The notes beneath the pieces are model-generated. The model searched no databases. It saw only the letters and a program-made list of their open reading frames with translations, and was not told where the DNA came from. A program made the translations under genes and the position numbers. Shown here one piece after another: positions 1-8,078 of a DNA stretch of 64,000 nucleotides. Numbering within the stretch: the stretch's first letter is position 1; every line of letters starts with the position of its first letter. This DNA is from an uncultured Candidatus Saccharibacteria bacterium (lineage in GTDB: Bacteria; Patescibacteriota; Minisyncoccia; Phycocordibacterales; JACOZG01). The stretch is from positions 2,643-66,642 of the forward strand of contig CAYICB010000003.1 in NCBI GenBank assembly GCA_964361825.1, given 5' to 3'.

Positions 1-21
1 ATTTTAATGCAACTTGCCAAA

Positions 22-1551
22 TTAGCGAGCATATTCGATGGCCCGAGACTCGCGGATGGCCGTGATTTTAATTTCTCCGGGATATTTGAGCTCTTTTTCA
101 ATGCGGAGGGCGATCTCGCGGGCGATTTTGCGGGTTTCAATATCAGAAATTTCGCCCGGGCGCACAAAAACGCGTAATTCCCGACCAGCCTGAATGGCGT
201 AACTCTTATCGATTCCGGGGAAAGAGTTGGCGATATCTTCTAGATCTTTAAGCCGCTTGAGATAATTCTCGAGACTATCACGGCGCGCGCCGGGCCGACC
301 ACCAGAAATGGCGTCAGCCACCTGCACAATGATCGATTCGATGGTTTCGTAGGGATATTCTTCATGATGCGAGCGCATCGCCTTCACAATTTCTTTACTG
401 ACGCCAAATTTTTCGAGAATTCTGATGCCAATTTCCACATGAGTGCCGGGCACCTCATGATCGACTGCCTTACCAATATCGTGTAAGAGGGCGCCAGCGC
501 GCGAGACTTGTGGGTCGGCCCCCAATTCTTCGGCCAACATGCCCGCTAGATGCGCCATTTCTACCGAGTGTTGAAGCACATTTTGGCCATAACTAGTACG
601 GAAGTGGAGGCGGCCTAGGATTAAGATGATTCGCGGATCGAGGTTAAAGACACTCGCTTCGTAAGCCGCTTTCTCGCCCTTTTCCTTAATTAAGTTATTG
701 ATATTAGTTTTGGCTTTTTCTGTTACCTCCTCAATTCGCGAGGGGTTAATGCGACCATCGCTAATTAATTCTTCAAGCGCGGCCTTGGCAATGTGGCGGC
801 GCACGGGGTCAAAAGATGATAACACAATCGAGCCCGGTGTATCGTCAATAATTAGTTCCACGCCGGTGGCTTTTTCGAAGCTGCGGATATTTCGTCCCTC
901 TTTACCAATAATTTTACCCTTGAGATCATCGGAGGGGATTTCGACCAAGGTCGACATCACTTCTGGCACAGATGAATTGGCCAATCGTTGAATGGTGGTG
1001 GCCAGAATGTCGCGCGCTTTCCGTTCGAGCTCGGCTTGGCCATCATTTTCTAGTTTTCGGATGCGGACCAAGAGATCAGCCTCATTTTCTTGAGTAATGA
1101 GTTTAAATAATTCTTCTTTGGCCGCCTCTTGTTTTAAGCCGGCGATTCGTTCTAGTTCCGTCCGACGGTTATTCTCTAGTGCCTCAACCCGATCTTTAGT
1201 TTGATTAATTTCCAACACCTTCTGGCGCAATTCTTCCAGATCGCGATCAAGGTCAGTTTGGCGTTTATCTAGGGCGTCCTCCTTTTTCTCTACGCGCTCC
1301 TCGCGCTTTTTGAGATCCAGGTCTTTTTCTCGTTCTTTTTCTTTTACTTCTTTGAGAATAGTGTCGGCATCCGTTTCGGCCTTCTCGACAATTTTTTGGG
1401 CCTGATCCTTAGCCTCAAGCATTACTTGCTTGATGGTGACCTCCATGGACCCCTTTTGGCTCAAGGTAATTAACCAGCGGAGAAAATAGCCAAAAATCAA
1501 ACCACCCGCGGCGGCGGTACCGGCAATAATAATAAGCAGAGTGAGGTTCAC
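22..1551 (-). CDS. rny: Ribonuclease Y
   Basis: N-terminal TM helix, coiled coil, KH domain (KGKIIGKEGRNIR) and HD domain (LLHDIGK). Confidence 0.97.
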   Translation of the reverse strand: MNLTLLIIIAGTAAAGGLIFGYFLRWLITLSQKGSMEVTIKQVMLEAKDQAQKIVEKAETDADTILKEVKEKEREKDLDLKKREERVEKKEDALDKRQTDLDRDLEELRQKVLEINQTKDRVEALENNRRTELERIAGLKQEAAKEELFKLITQENEADLLVRIRKLENDGQAELERKARDILATTIQRLANSSVPEVMSTLVEIPSDDLKGKIIGKEGRNIRSFEKATGVELIIDDTPGSIVLSSFDPVRRHIAKAALEELISDGRINPSRIEEVTEKAKTNINNLIKEKGEKAAYEASVFNLDPRIILILGRLHFRTSYGQNVLQHSVEMAHLAGMLAEELGADPQVSRAGALLHDIGKAVDHEVPGTHVEIGIRILEKFGVSKEIVKAMRSHHEEYPYETIESIIVQVADAISGGRPGARRDSLENYLKRLKDLEDIANSFPGIDKSYAIQAGRELRVFVRPGEISDIETRKIAREIALRIEKELKYPGEIKITAIRESRAIEYAR

Positions 1552-1555
1552 AAAC

Positions 1556-2137
1556 TTAACTTTGAGTTTTAATAATACCGTCGATTAAGCCGTAATCTTT
1601 GGCCTCATCTGCCGACATGTAGTAATCACGGTCGGAGTCTTTTTCAATCTGCGCTAGGGTTTTGCCGGTCTGTTTGGCCAAAAGTTTATTGAGCCGATCT
1701 TTAATCTTGAGAATTTGTTTGGCGGTAATCGCAATGTCAGACGCCTGACCCTCGGTGCCACCGAGCGGTTGATGAATCATGATTTCGGCATTAGGCAAAG
1801 CAAAGCGCTTACCTTTAGCCCCCCCAGAAAGCACGATTGCTCCCCCCGAGGCGGCCAGCCCCACGCAGACAGTAGAAATATCAGACTTCACATAGTTCAT
1901 TGTGTCAAGAATGGCCATGGTCGAGGTTACTGATCCCCCGGGTGAATTGATATACATCGTAATATCCTTCTTTGGTCCCTCGGATTCGAGGAAAAGCAGT
2001 TGGGCAATAATCAGATTGGCCGAATGGTCATCAATGGGGCCACCAAGGAAGATGATGCGCTCCTTTAAGAGGCGAGAGTAAATATCGTAGGCACGCTCGC
2101 CAAAAGGCGACTTTTCGATTACGGTCGGTATTAACAT
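1556..2137 (-). CDS. clpP: ATP-dependent Clp protease proteolytic subunit
   Basis: [27 protein letters not shown] and MIHQPLGG motifs. Confidence 0.98.
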   Translation of the reverse strand: MLIPTVIEKSPFGERAYDIYSRLLKERIIFLGGPIDDHSANLIIAQLLFLESEGPKKDITMYINSPGGSVTSTMAILDTMNYVKSDISTVCVGLAASGGAIVLSGGAKGKRFALPNAEIMIHQPLGGTEGQASDIAITAKQILKIKDRLNKLLAKQTGKTLAQIEKDSDRDYYMSADEAKDYGLIDGIIKTQS

Positions 2138-2172
2138 GATAATTTAAATTTAAAATGAGTAATTCTGTATTA

Positions 2173-3159
2173 TTAAACATTTTCGAGTTTTTGCCAAGCG
2201 AGCGAGATTAAGAGCTCCTGCTCGGCGTAAGCTTCAATTTTTGCCTGTTCCAGTTCGGGATAATGACTTTTTAGGTGCTGAACCAGTTTTTCTTGTTCTT
2301 TTTGATCCACGGTGAGGGTTTCTGCTTTAATAATCGCCCCCAAGAGGAGGTGGATCCGGACGCGCTTCTCAGCCTCGGGACGATTGTGGAGACGCAAATC
2401 AGCCTCGGTCTTTTTGAGGTGGTTTAAATAATCTTCAAACTTTAAACCAAAACGCTCCAAACTAGATTTTAGTTCGTCCATCAAGCGATCGGCTTCGCTG
2501 TCGATCAAAATGGCGGGTAATTCGAAAGGGGTTTGCTTGATTAGTTCCTCGATGATCACGAGCCGTCGTTTTTCTTTGGCTTCTCGAGTCCGGTCACCCT
2601 CTAATTGAGCGCGAAGCTTGGTTTTGAGCTCCTGTTTGTCGGCTAGTTCCGGCGCCTTGGGGTTTTTGATCTCTAAATCGGTAATAATCTTGGTGATTTC
2701 TTCTTCGGTTACTGGCAGAGGAGCAATTTTGGTTGCCGCGACGGTTTTAATTTTGGCCCGGTAATCACCCAAGCTAAAGGTGGGCAGAACCGCCGTTTTG
2801 ATGATCAGACCGAGAGGGTTACCCTTAGCCAATTTAGTGATGGTAACTTGGGGCGAGCCCAAAGCATCAATTTGTTTGGCTTTGAGTAATTTGGGATAGA
2901 AGTCATTTACCGCCAATTCGGCCATTTCTTGGAGAATAGAGGCTTCACCCAAGTGGCGCTCTAGGGTTTCTTCTGGAATGTGGCCCGAACGAAAACCGGC
3001 CAAATTAGTGTTGGTATTTAGCCTTTTTAGCGCCGCAACCCGAAACGAGGCAAAATCGTCAGTTTCGATTTCGCCCCTAATTTCGATTTCAGAATTAGCT
3101 AAAGACTTAACTTGCCAATTATTGAATGAGTTCTCCTTCGAGTTGGTTGAAACTGTCAT
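2173..3159 (-). CDS. tig: Trigger factor, short form lacking most of the FKBP domain (start uncertain)
   Basis: Ribosome-binding motif AGFRSGHIP and a C-terminal helical domain; located upstream of clpP. Confidence 0.88.
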   Translation of the reverse strand: MTVSTNSKENSFNNWQVKSLANSEIEIRGEIETDDFASFRVAALKRLNTNTNLAGFRSGHIPEETLERHLGEASILQEMAELAVNDFYPKLLKAKQIDALGSPQVTITKLAKGNPLGLIIKTAVLPTFSLGDYRAKIKTVAATKIAPLPVTEEEITKIITDLEIKNPKAPELADKQELKTKLRAQLEGDRTREAKEKRRLVIIEELIKQTPFELPAILIDSEADRLMDELKSSLERFGLKFEDYLNHLKKTEADLRLHNRPEAEKRVRIHLLLGAIIKAETLTVDQKEQEKLVQHLKSHYPELEQAKIEAYAEQELLISLAWQKLENV

Positions 3160-3442
3160 CGGTTTCGCTAAAAGTGGCGGGATTATTAAGTTCGGCTTCT
3201 AGTTGATTGAGTTCGTCAGCCTCATTTGGTGTGGTTGGGTTGGTGTTGAGCACGCCTTCACCGGTGGCGGGGGTTTCTCCGGGAGTGAGATCGGTGGCAG
3301 GGGCCGAAGATCGAGAAGCTAAGAGATAAATTACCGCTAAGACCACAATTAGAATCACCACAATGGTGCCGACCATCGAGCTTTTGCGTTCAGGAGCATT
3401 CATTCCCGGTTGAAACATATTATTTGGTTGATCGCCGTTCAT
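3119..3442 (-). CDS. Hypothetical single-TM protein
   Basis: ATG-start ORF with a hydrophobic helix and an acidic tail; co-oriented with neighbours. Confidence 0.75.
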   Translation of the reverse strand: MNGDQPNNMFQPGMNAPERKSSMVGTIVVILIVVLAVIYLLASRSSAPATDLTPGETPATGEGVLNTNPTTPNEADELNQLEAELNNPATFSETDDSFNQLEGELIQ

Positions 3443-3467
3443 GTTTTTGTTTTAAGTTAATGATTAA

Positions 3468-3968
3468 TTAATTGGTAGTTTCTGTTGCCCGCACTAGTTT
3501 AATTGCTTCCATCAAGGTGGTATGAATCGTGCGGAGATTGGTGCGGATCTTCTCTAGTTCTGGACGGAGGGTTTGGAACGAGGTTTTGAGCTCGGTGGCC
3601 GATAAGGCGGTGGCGACCTTGGGGATTAGGGCGGCTAAAGTGCTTTTGACTTCGGCATTTAATTTGGCCGCTTCTTCTACTTTAGTTTTGGCCGTGGCTA
3701 GATCTGCTCCTGTGGCGGTTTTTCGTTCAAGGTGAGCCGATAAGCGGGTAATAGTTTCGTCGAAGCGGTTAGAAAGTTTGGTTAAACGCTCAATTATCCG
3801 CTGGCTGATGGTGGTTAAACGCTCTTTGCGTGTGGCCACTCGTTCAGCCACTCTTTCTTGAACCGCTTCTGGGGCAGTGCGGAGCGGGGTTTCTTGAGCT
3901 CGGCTGGCCGCTAGAGGAGAGAGGGCCAAGCCTAGGGCTAAAACGCCTAAAAGTTGGTTTTTCGTCAT
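3468..3968 (-). CDS. Secreted coiled-coil hypothetical protein
   Basis: Signal peptide (ASRA-QE) followed by a long amphipathic helical sequence. Confidence 0.8.
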   Translation of the reverse strand: MTKNQLLGVLALGLALSPLAASRAQETPLRTAPEAVQERVAERVATRKERLTTISQRIIERLTKLSNRFDETITRLSAHLERKTATGADLATAKTKVEEAAKLNAEVKSTLAALIPKVATALSATELKTSFQTLRPELEKIRTNLRTIHTTLMEAIKLVRATETTN

Positions 3969-4010
3969 TTAATTATAATTTTTTAATTTTTAATACCTTC
4001 CCGCCTTATC

Positions 4011-4535
4011 TTAGTGTGCTGGTCGCTCCTTGTAAAGTTGGCAACCGCGCTCGAAGACGGCTTCGGCCTCGGTGCGGCCAGAAAAGCCCTTGACCACCAC
4101 CTCTTTATTTTGCAGTTTTTTATAAGTGGAGTAGAAGTGTTCAAACTCTTTTAGGGTGTGAGAGTTAATGTCGGCCAAATCTTGGACTTTGGACCAGCGC
4201 GGGTCATCAAGCGGGACGGCAATCAGCTTATCATCGCCCTCGCCGCCATCGGTCATGTGCATCACCGCCACGGGTCTTACTCGCACCAAGATGCCGGGGA
4301 GGAGGGGGTAGGTGGTGAGAATAATCACATCTACCGGATCATTGTCTTCCCACAAGGTTTGGGGCACAAAACCATAGTCAGCTGGGAAGTCTTGGCTGGA
4401 GTGCATCACGCGGTCAAGGGCAATCAGGCCAGTGGCCTTATCTACCTCATATTTGTTTTTGGAGCCCTTATTAATCTCCACTACCACATTGATCGCTGAT
4501 TTCTCACCAGCGGGTAAATCATGCCACAGGTTCAT
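4011..4535 (-). CDS. ppa: Inorganic pyrophosphatase (family I)
   Basis: KYEVDK, YGFVPQT and EDNDPVDV motifs. Confidence 0.96.
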   Translation of the reverse strand: MNLWHDLPAGEKSAINVVVEINKGSKNKYEVDKATGLIALDRVMHSSQDFPADYGFVPQTLWEDNDPVDVIILTTYPLLPGILVRVRPVAVMHMTDGGEGDDKLIAVPLDDPRWSKVQDLADINSHTLKEFEHFYSTYKKLQNKEVVVKGFSGRTEAEAVFERGCQLYKERPAH

Positions 4536-5640
4536 GGTTTTTATTTTCTACTTGATTAGGTCCAATAATATCGATATTCCAACCGGTGAGCTTGGCCGCT
4601 AGGCGGACATTTTGCCCGCCTTTACCCACCGCCAGCGAGAATTGATCGGGTTCTACTTCTACTTTTACCGTGCGATTGATGCCATCCAGAATCATGCCTT
4701 TAATTTTGGCCGGGGAGAGGGAGTTTTGGATAAAAACTTCTGGATTATCGGACCATTCCACAATATCAATTTTCTCTCCGCCGAGCTCGCTGATTACGGT
4801 ATTGACGCGCACTCCACGCTGGCCGACACAAGAACCCACCGGATCAATTTTGCGGTCTTTAGACGCCACGGCCACCTTGGTGCGGGAGCCGGCCTCTCTG
4901 GCCACCGAACGGAATTCTACCACGCCGGAAGCAATTTCTGGCGCTTCGAAGGAAAAAAGCTTTTCCACAAACTTAGGGTGAGCGCGGGAGAGTTTAAGGT
5001 TAATGCCGCGCGGCGTTTCTTCTACCGCATAGAGATAAGCCCGCAGGCGTTCGCCTTGGCGATAATGCTCACCCGGAATTTGCTCTTCGTAGGGGAGAAT
5101 CGCGGTGGTGCGGCCAAGGTCTAAGAAGACATTGCCGCGTTCCATCTTTTGCACCTTACCCGAGATCACTTCGCCTTGTTTATCGGTATATTCGCCCAGA
5201 ATCGAGGTGCGCTCGGCCTCGCGGATGCGTTGCACAATTACTTGCTTGGCGGTTTGAGCGGCAATACGGCCAAAATCGTCTTTGGTTTCAAGTGGGAAAA
5301 TAAGTTCCTCGCCCACTTGGGCCTCGCGTTTAATCTTCTTGGCATCCTCCAGCATAATATGATGCTCTTCGTCGAAGACCACGCGCTCATCGCCCTCGGC
5401 CACCTCTTCGTCTTCGGTTCTTAGCTTATTTTCATCTACCACAATCCGCACTTGGTAAAACTCGGTTTTGCCACTATCGAGATCAAACTGGGCGCGGATA
5501 ATCTGGCCGCGCTTACCAAAATCCTTTTTATAAGCGGCGGTTAAGGCATCGCCAATCGCCCCAAGGATTTTTTCCTTAGGGATACCGCGTTCTTCCTCGA
5601 GTTGCTCGAGGGCCGACTTTAATGTTTTTAAATCAATCAT
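4519..5640 (-). CDS. nusA: Transcription termination/antitermination factor NusA
   Basis: FGRIAAQTAKQ, S1 domain and KH domains (AVGKGGQNVRLA). Confidence 0.98.
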   Translation of the reverse strand: MIDLKTLKSALEQLEEERGIPKEKILGAIGDALTAAYKKDFGKRGQIIRAQFDLDSGKTEFYQVRIVVDENKLRTEDEEVAEGDERVVFDEEHHIMLEDAKKIKREAQVGEELIFPLETKDDFGRIAAQTAKQVIVQRIREAERTSILGEYTDKQGEVISGKVQKMERGNVFLDLGRTTAILPYEEQIPGEHYRQGERLRAYLYAVEETPRGINLKLSRAHPKFVEKLFSFEAPEIASGVVEFRSVAREAGSRTKVAVASKDRKIDPVGSCVGQRGVRVNTVISELGGEKIDIVEWSDNPEVFIQNSLSPAKIKGMILDGINRTVKVEVEPDQFSLAVGKGGQNVRLAAKLTGWNIDIIGPNQVENKNHEPVA

Positions 5641-5650
5641 AATTTTTTAA

Positions 5651-5729
5651 GAAAAATGTCCGGGCGGGAAGCCGGACAGGACTGCTAAGCGGACACTAGT
5701 AGTCTACTATGGAAGTTATCAAGAAGCAA
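5651..5729 (-). promoter_or_regulatory. nusA promoter and leader hairpin/attenuator
   Basis: TTGCTT (5729-5724) N17 TAGACT (5706-5701), then hairpin TGTCCGG/CCGGACA (5678-5657) followed by a T run. Confidence 0.6.
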
Positions 5730-5738
5730 ATTATGGTC

Positions 5739-6056
5739 TCAATCTTCAGAAAATCGTCCTTTGATGTGCTGGGCGGTATGGTAAACACGAATTAATTCGA
5801 ATCGAGTTGGGGTGTATTTGTAAAAGATAAGATAACGGAAACCCCTTAATGGATGCCACCTAACCTTTTTCAGTTTAGGTTCGTTATAGATCCACAGAGT
5901 GCCTATTTCGGGCATTGAGGCCAAGGTTTTAATCGTTTGAAAAAGAGTGTCTAAAAACCGCTGAGCGGTTTCGTTGTCGGCGTGTTTAATTAAGTAAGCT
6001 GTTTGCGAATCTATTTCTCTTTGAGCGATTGGACGGACAATGACTTCTCGATTCAC
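5739..6056 (-). CDS. RelE/ParE-family toxin
   Basis: VIVRPIAQREID...LASMPEIG...YLIFY...IRVYH pattern; 105 aa; downstream of a small partner gene. Confidence 0.85.
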   Translation of the reverse strand: MNREVIVRPIAQREIDSQTAYLIKHADNETAQRFLDTLFQTIKTLASMPEIGTLWIYNEPKLKKVRWHPLRGFRYLIFYKYTPTRFELIRVYHTAQHIKGRFSED

Positions 6057-6064
6057 GGTTCGAT

Positions 6065-6262
6065 TTATTTTTTTTCGAGAAGGCGATAACGATCTTTAAG
6101 CCAAGCTTTAGTCATTTTCACCGGTTTGCCACTATTAAGAGAAGCCAACAAACTATTTTCGATTTCTCGATGCAGGTGCTGTTTTAAGTCTTCCGAAACT
6201 ACTTTATTTTGCACCCAAGCTTGTGTTTCTTTTGGTAAGGATATTTTTAACGCTGTTTTCAT
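6065..6262 (-). CDS. Putative ParD-like antitoxin
   Basis: 65 aa; LKISLP N-terminus and LLASLNSG C-terminal motif; directly upstream of the toxin. Confidence 0.7.
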   Translation of the reverse strand: MKTALKISLPKETQAWVQNKVVSEDLKQHLHREIENSLLASLNSGKPVKMTKAWLKDRYRLLEKK

Positions 6263-6336
6263 TGTTTTTCAGTTTAACATAATTTTAGGAGTTATCAACA
6301 ATCAAGCGCTCTTAAAATTTGCTATCATTTAGCCAT

Positions 6337-6663
6337 ATGATTCGCCAAGAAGATTTGCCACCGGTCAAAACCCATCATCCGGTAATTATTACGCTGATTA
6401 TTTTAATTTTACTAGTCGTTATTGCCATTACTTTGGGCTATTTTGGTTTGTGGTCTCCGGCCGAGCCATCGGCCTCTGGCCTTACCGCCGAGCAGAAGGC
6501 GCGGATTTTAGAATCGCTCAATGCACCCGCCAATCAGCCGGAGCTTACCACCGAGCAGAAGGAACGCATTCTCAAATCGCTCAATGCGCCGGTAAACCAG
6601 CCCGAGCTCACCACCGAGCAAAAGGCCCGGATTTTAGAATCGCTTAATCGGCCAGTGAATTAA
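6337..6663 (+). CDS. Single-TM protein with about three 21-aa repeats
   Basis: TM helix followed by LT(A/T)EQK(A/E)RIL(E/K)SLNAP repeats. Confidence 0.8.
   Translation: MIRQEDLPPVKTHHPVIITLIILILLVVIAITLGYFGLWSPAEPSASGLTAEQKARILESLNAPANQPELTTEQKERILKSLNAPVNQPELTTEQKARILESLNRPVN
6481..6660 (+). repeat. Coding tandem repeat, 63-bp unit x ~2.9
   Basis: cttaccgccgagcagaag... recurs at 6481, 6544 and 6607. Confidence 0.85.
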
Positions 6664-6692
6664 ATTAATAAATAAAAAATTAAATAAAATTT

Positions 6693-7790
6693 ATGAATAA
6701 AATTATCGATTACGCCAAAATTATTGCCCTTGCCCTTGTTTTGATGGCTGGTGTTGCCACGGTCCGTGCTTGGGATCCGCCACCCGACGACCCACCAACC
6801 TGTCCAGCCGGCACGCCGGGGTGTTTACCGCCAGTAAATGTGAGTGCGATAGATCAAACAAAACCGGCTCGCCTCACTTTGAATAGTTTAGCCGCGGTTT
6901 TTGCGAAATTGACGAATGGTAACGATAGTTATCAATTACTAAACAACTTGGTTTTGGGTGTAAATGGCAAGGTGGGAGCAGACTCATACTGCACGGCAGA
7001 TGGTGCTATTTGCACATCAGCCGCCAATCTGGGCAGTGGTCCGGATGGGGGGGTGGCCAGTTTGTCTGCTCTCAATGGTGGTGGGGTTCATTTTAACGGA
7101 GGTGGTTCTTTTGGACCATTCACTGGCGCCGTGACCACGGCACTAATCCCTTGTCCAGCAAATAAGATTTTGAAAGCGAGCGGTCCGGTGGGTTGGAGTA
7201 ATAATCCCGGGTGGACATGCGCCGATGACTTAACAACTGGAAATGTGGGTGGAGTTTCGCAATTGCTCGCCGGAGATAATATAACTCTTAGTCCTGAGGG
7301 TGGTACCGGGGTGGTAACTATCACTGCCACCGGTGGTACGGGCGGGGGGGATATTATGGGGATAAACACTGATGCCAGTGGGGGGTTAAGTGGTGGGGTT
7401 AATGCTGGGACGGCTAGCTTGAGAATCAAGGCTTGTACAGCGGGTCAAATTTTGAAATATCACAATACGGAAGATGAGCTTGGTTGGTATTGTGAAGAAG
7501 ATGAGAGTGCGAGCGTAAATGCCTCTGTCACATCCCCATATATGGCCACCGACAACACCGAGAACAATAGCCCGGTTTCTTTAACCATTGGTTCGAATCC
7601 GGAATTTTGTGCTTTAAACGAGGTTAGACTGACGCTTGAGGACGGTTCTTATATCACTGAGGACGCGCCACCAGGCAGATGCAGTGTGTATAAAAACAAT
7701 GTTGGTGAGTGGAAGGTTGAAGCAGATTTGGCTGGTGCCAACAGTAATGCATCATTGTCTTGCACGGCCCTCTGTCTTAATTTGCAATAA
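6693..7790 (+). CDS. Secreted Gly/Cys-rich fibre-like surface protein
   Basis: Signal peptide, W-x-PPP...PVNVS module, C..GQILK..W.C repeats and a C-terminal Cys-rich domain. Confidence 0.75.
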   Translation: MNKIIDYAKIIALALVLMAGVATVRAWDPPPDDPPTCPAGTPGCLPPVNVSAIDQTKPARLTLNSLAAVFAKLTNGNDSYQLLNNLVLGVNGKVGADSYCTADGAICTSAANLGSGPDGGVASLSALNGGGVHFNGGGSFGPFTGAVTTALIPCPANKILKASGPVGWSNNPGWTCADDLTTGNVGGVSQLLAGDNITLSPEGGTGVVTITATGGTGGGDIMGINTDASGGLSGGVNAGTASLRIKACTAGQILKYHNTEDELGWYCEEDESASVNASVTSPYMATDNTENNSPVSLTIGSNPEFCALNEVRLTLEDGSYITEDAPPGRCSVYKNNVGEWKVEADLAGANSNASLSCTALCLNLQ

Positions 7791-7844
7791 TCTTGACCCC
7801 AGCAAGAGCCACCCTTCCGGAGTTTAAATGATATTATAAATATT

Positions 7845-8066
7845 ATGACCAAAGAGGATCAGTTTATTAAATTTTTTCAAGAAGCGTCGGAAGACCGTAA
7901 ACAGTATCGGCGTGATGTGGTGGCGATTCATGAGGAAAACAAAGAGAATATGAAGGTGTTGCTGGGACGCTTCGAATCAATGGAAAAAAAATGGAAACAG
8001 CACGATGAAAAACTGGACACCATTATCGAAACAGTGGGTGAAATTAAGGTGGAGTTAATTAAATAA
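7845..8066 (+). CDS. Small coiled-coil hypothetical protein
   Basis: 73-aa charged helical ORF filling the gap between two surface genes. Confidence 0.65.
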   Translation: MTKEDQFIKFFQEASEDRKQYRRDVVAIHEENKENMKVLLGRFESMEKKWKQHDEKLDTIIETVGEIKVELIK

Positions 8067-8078
8067 TTTTTATAAAAC

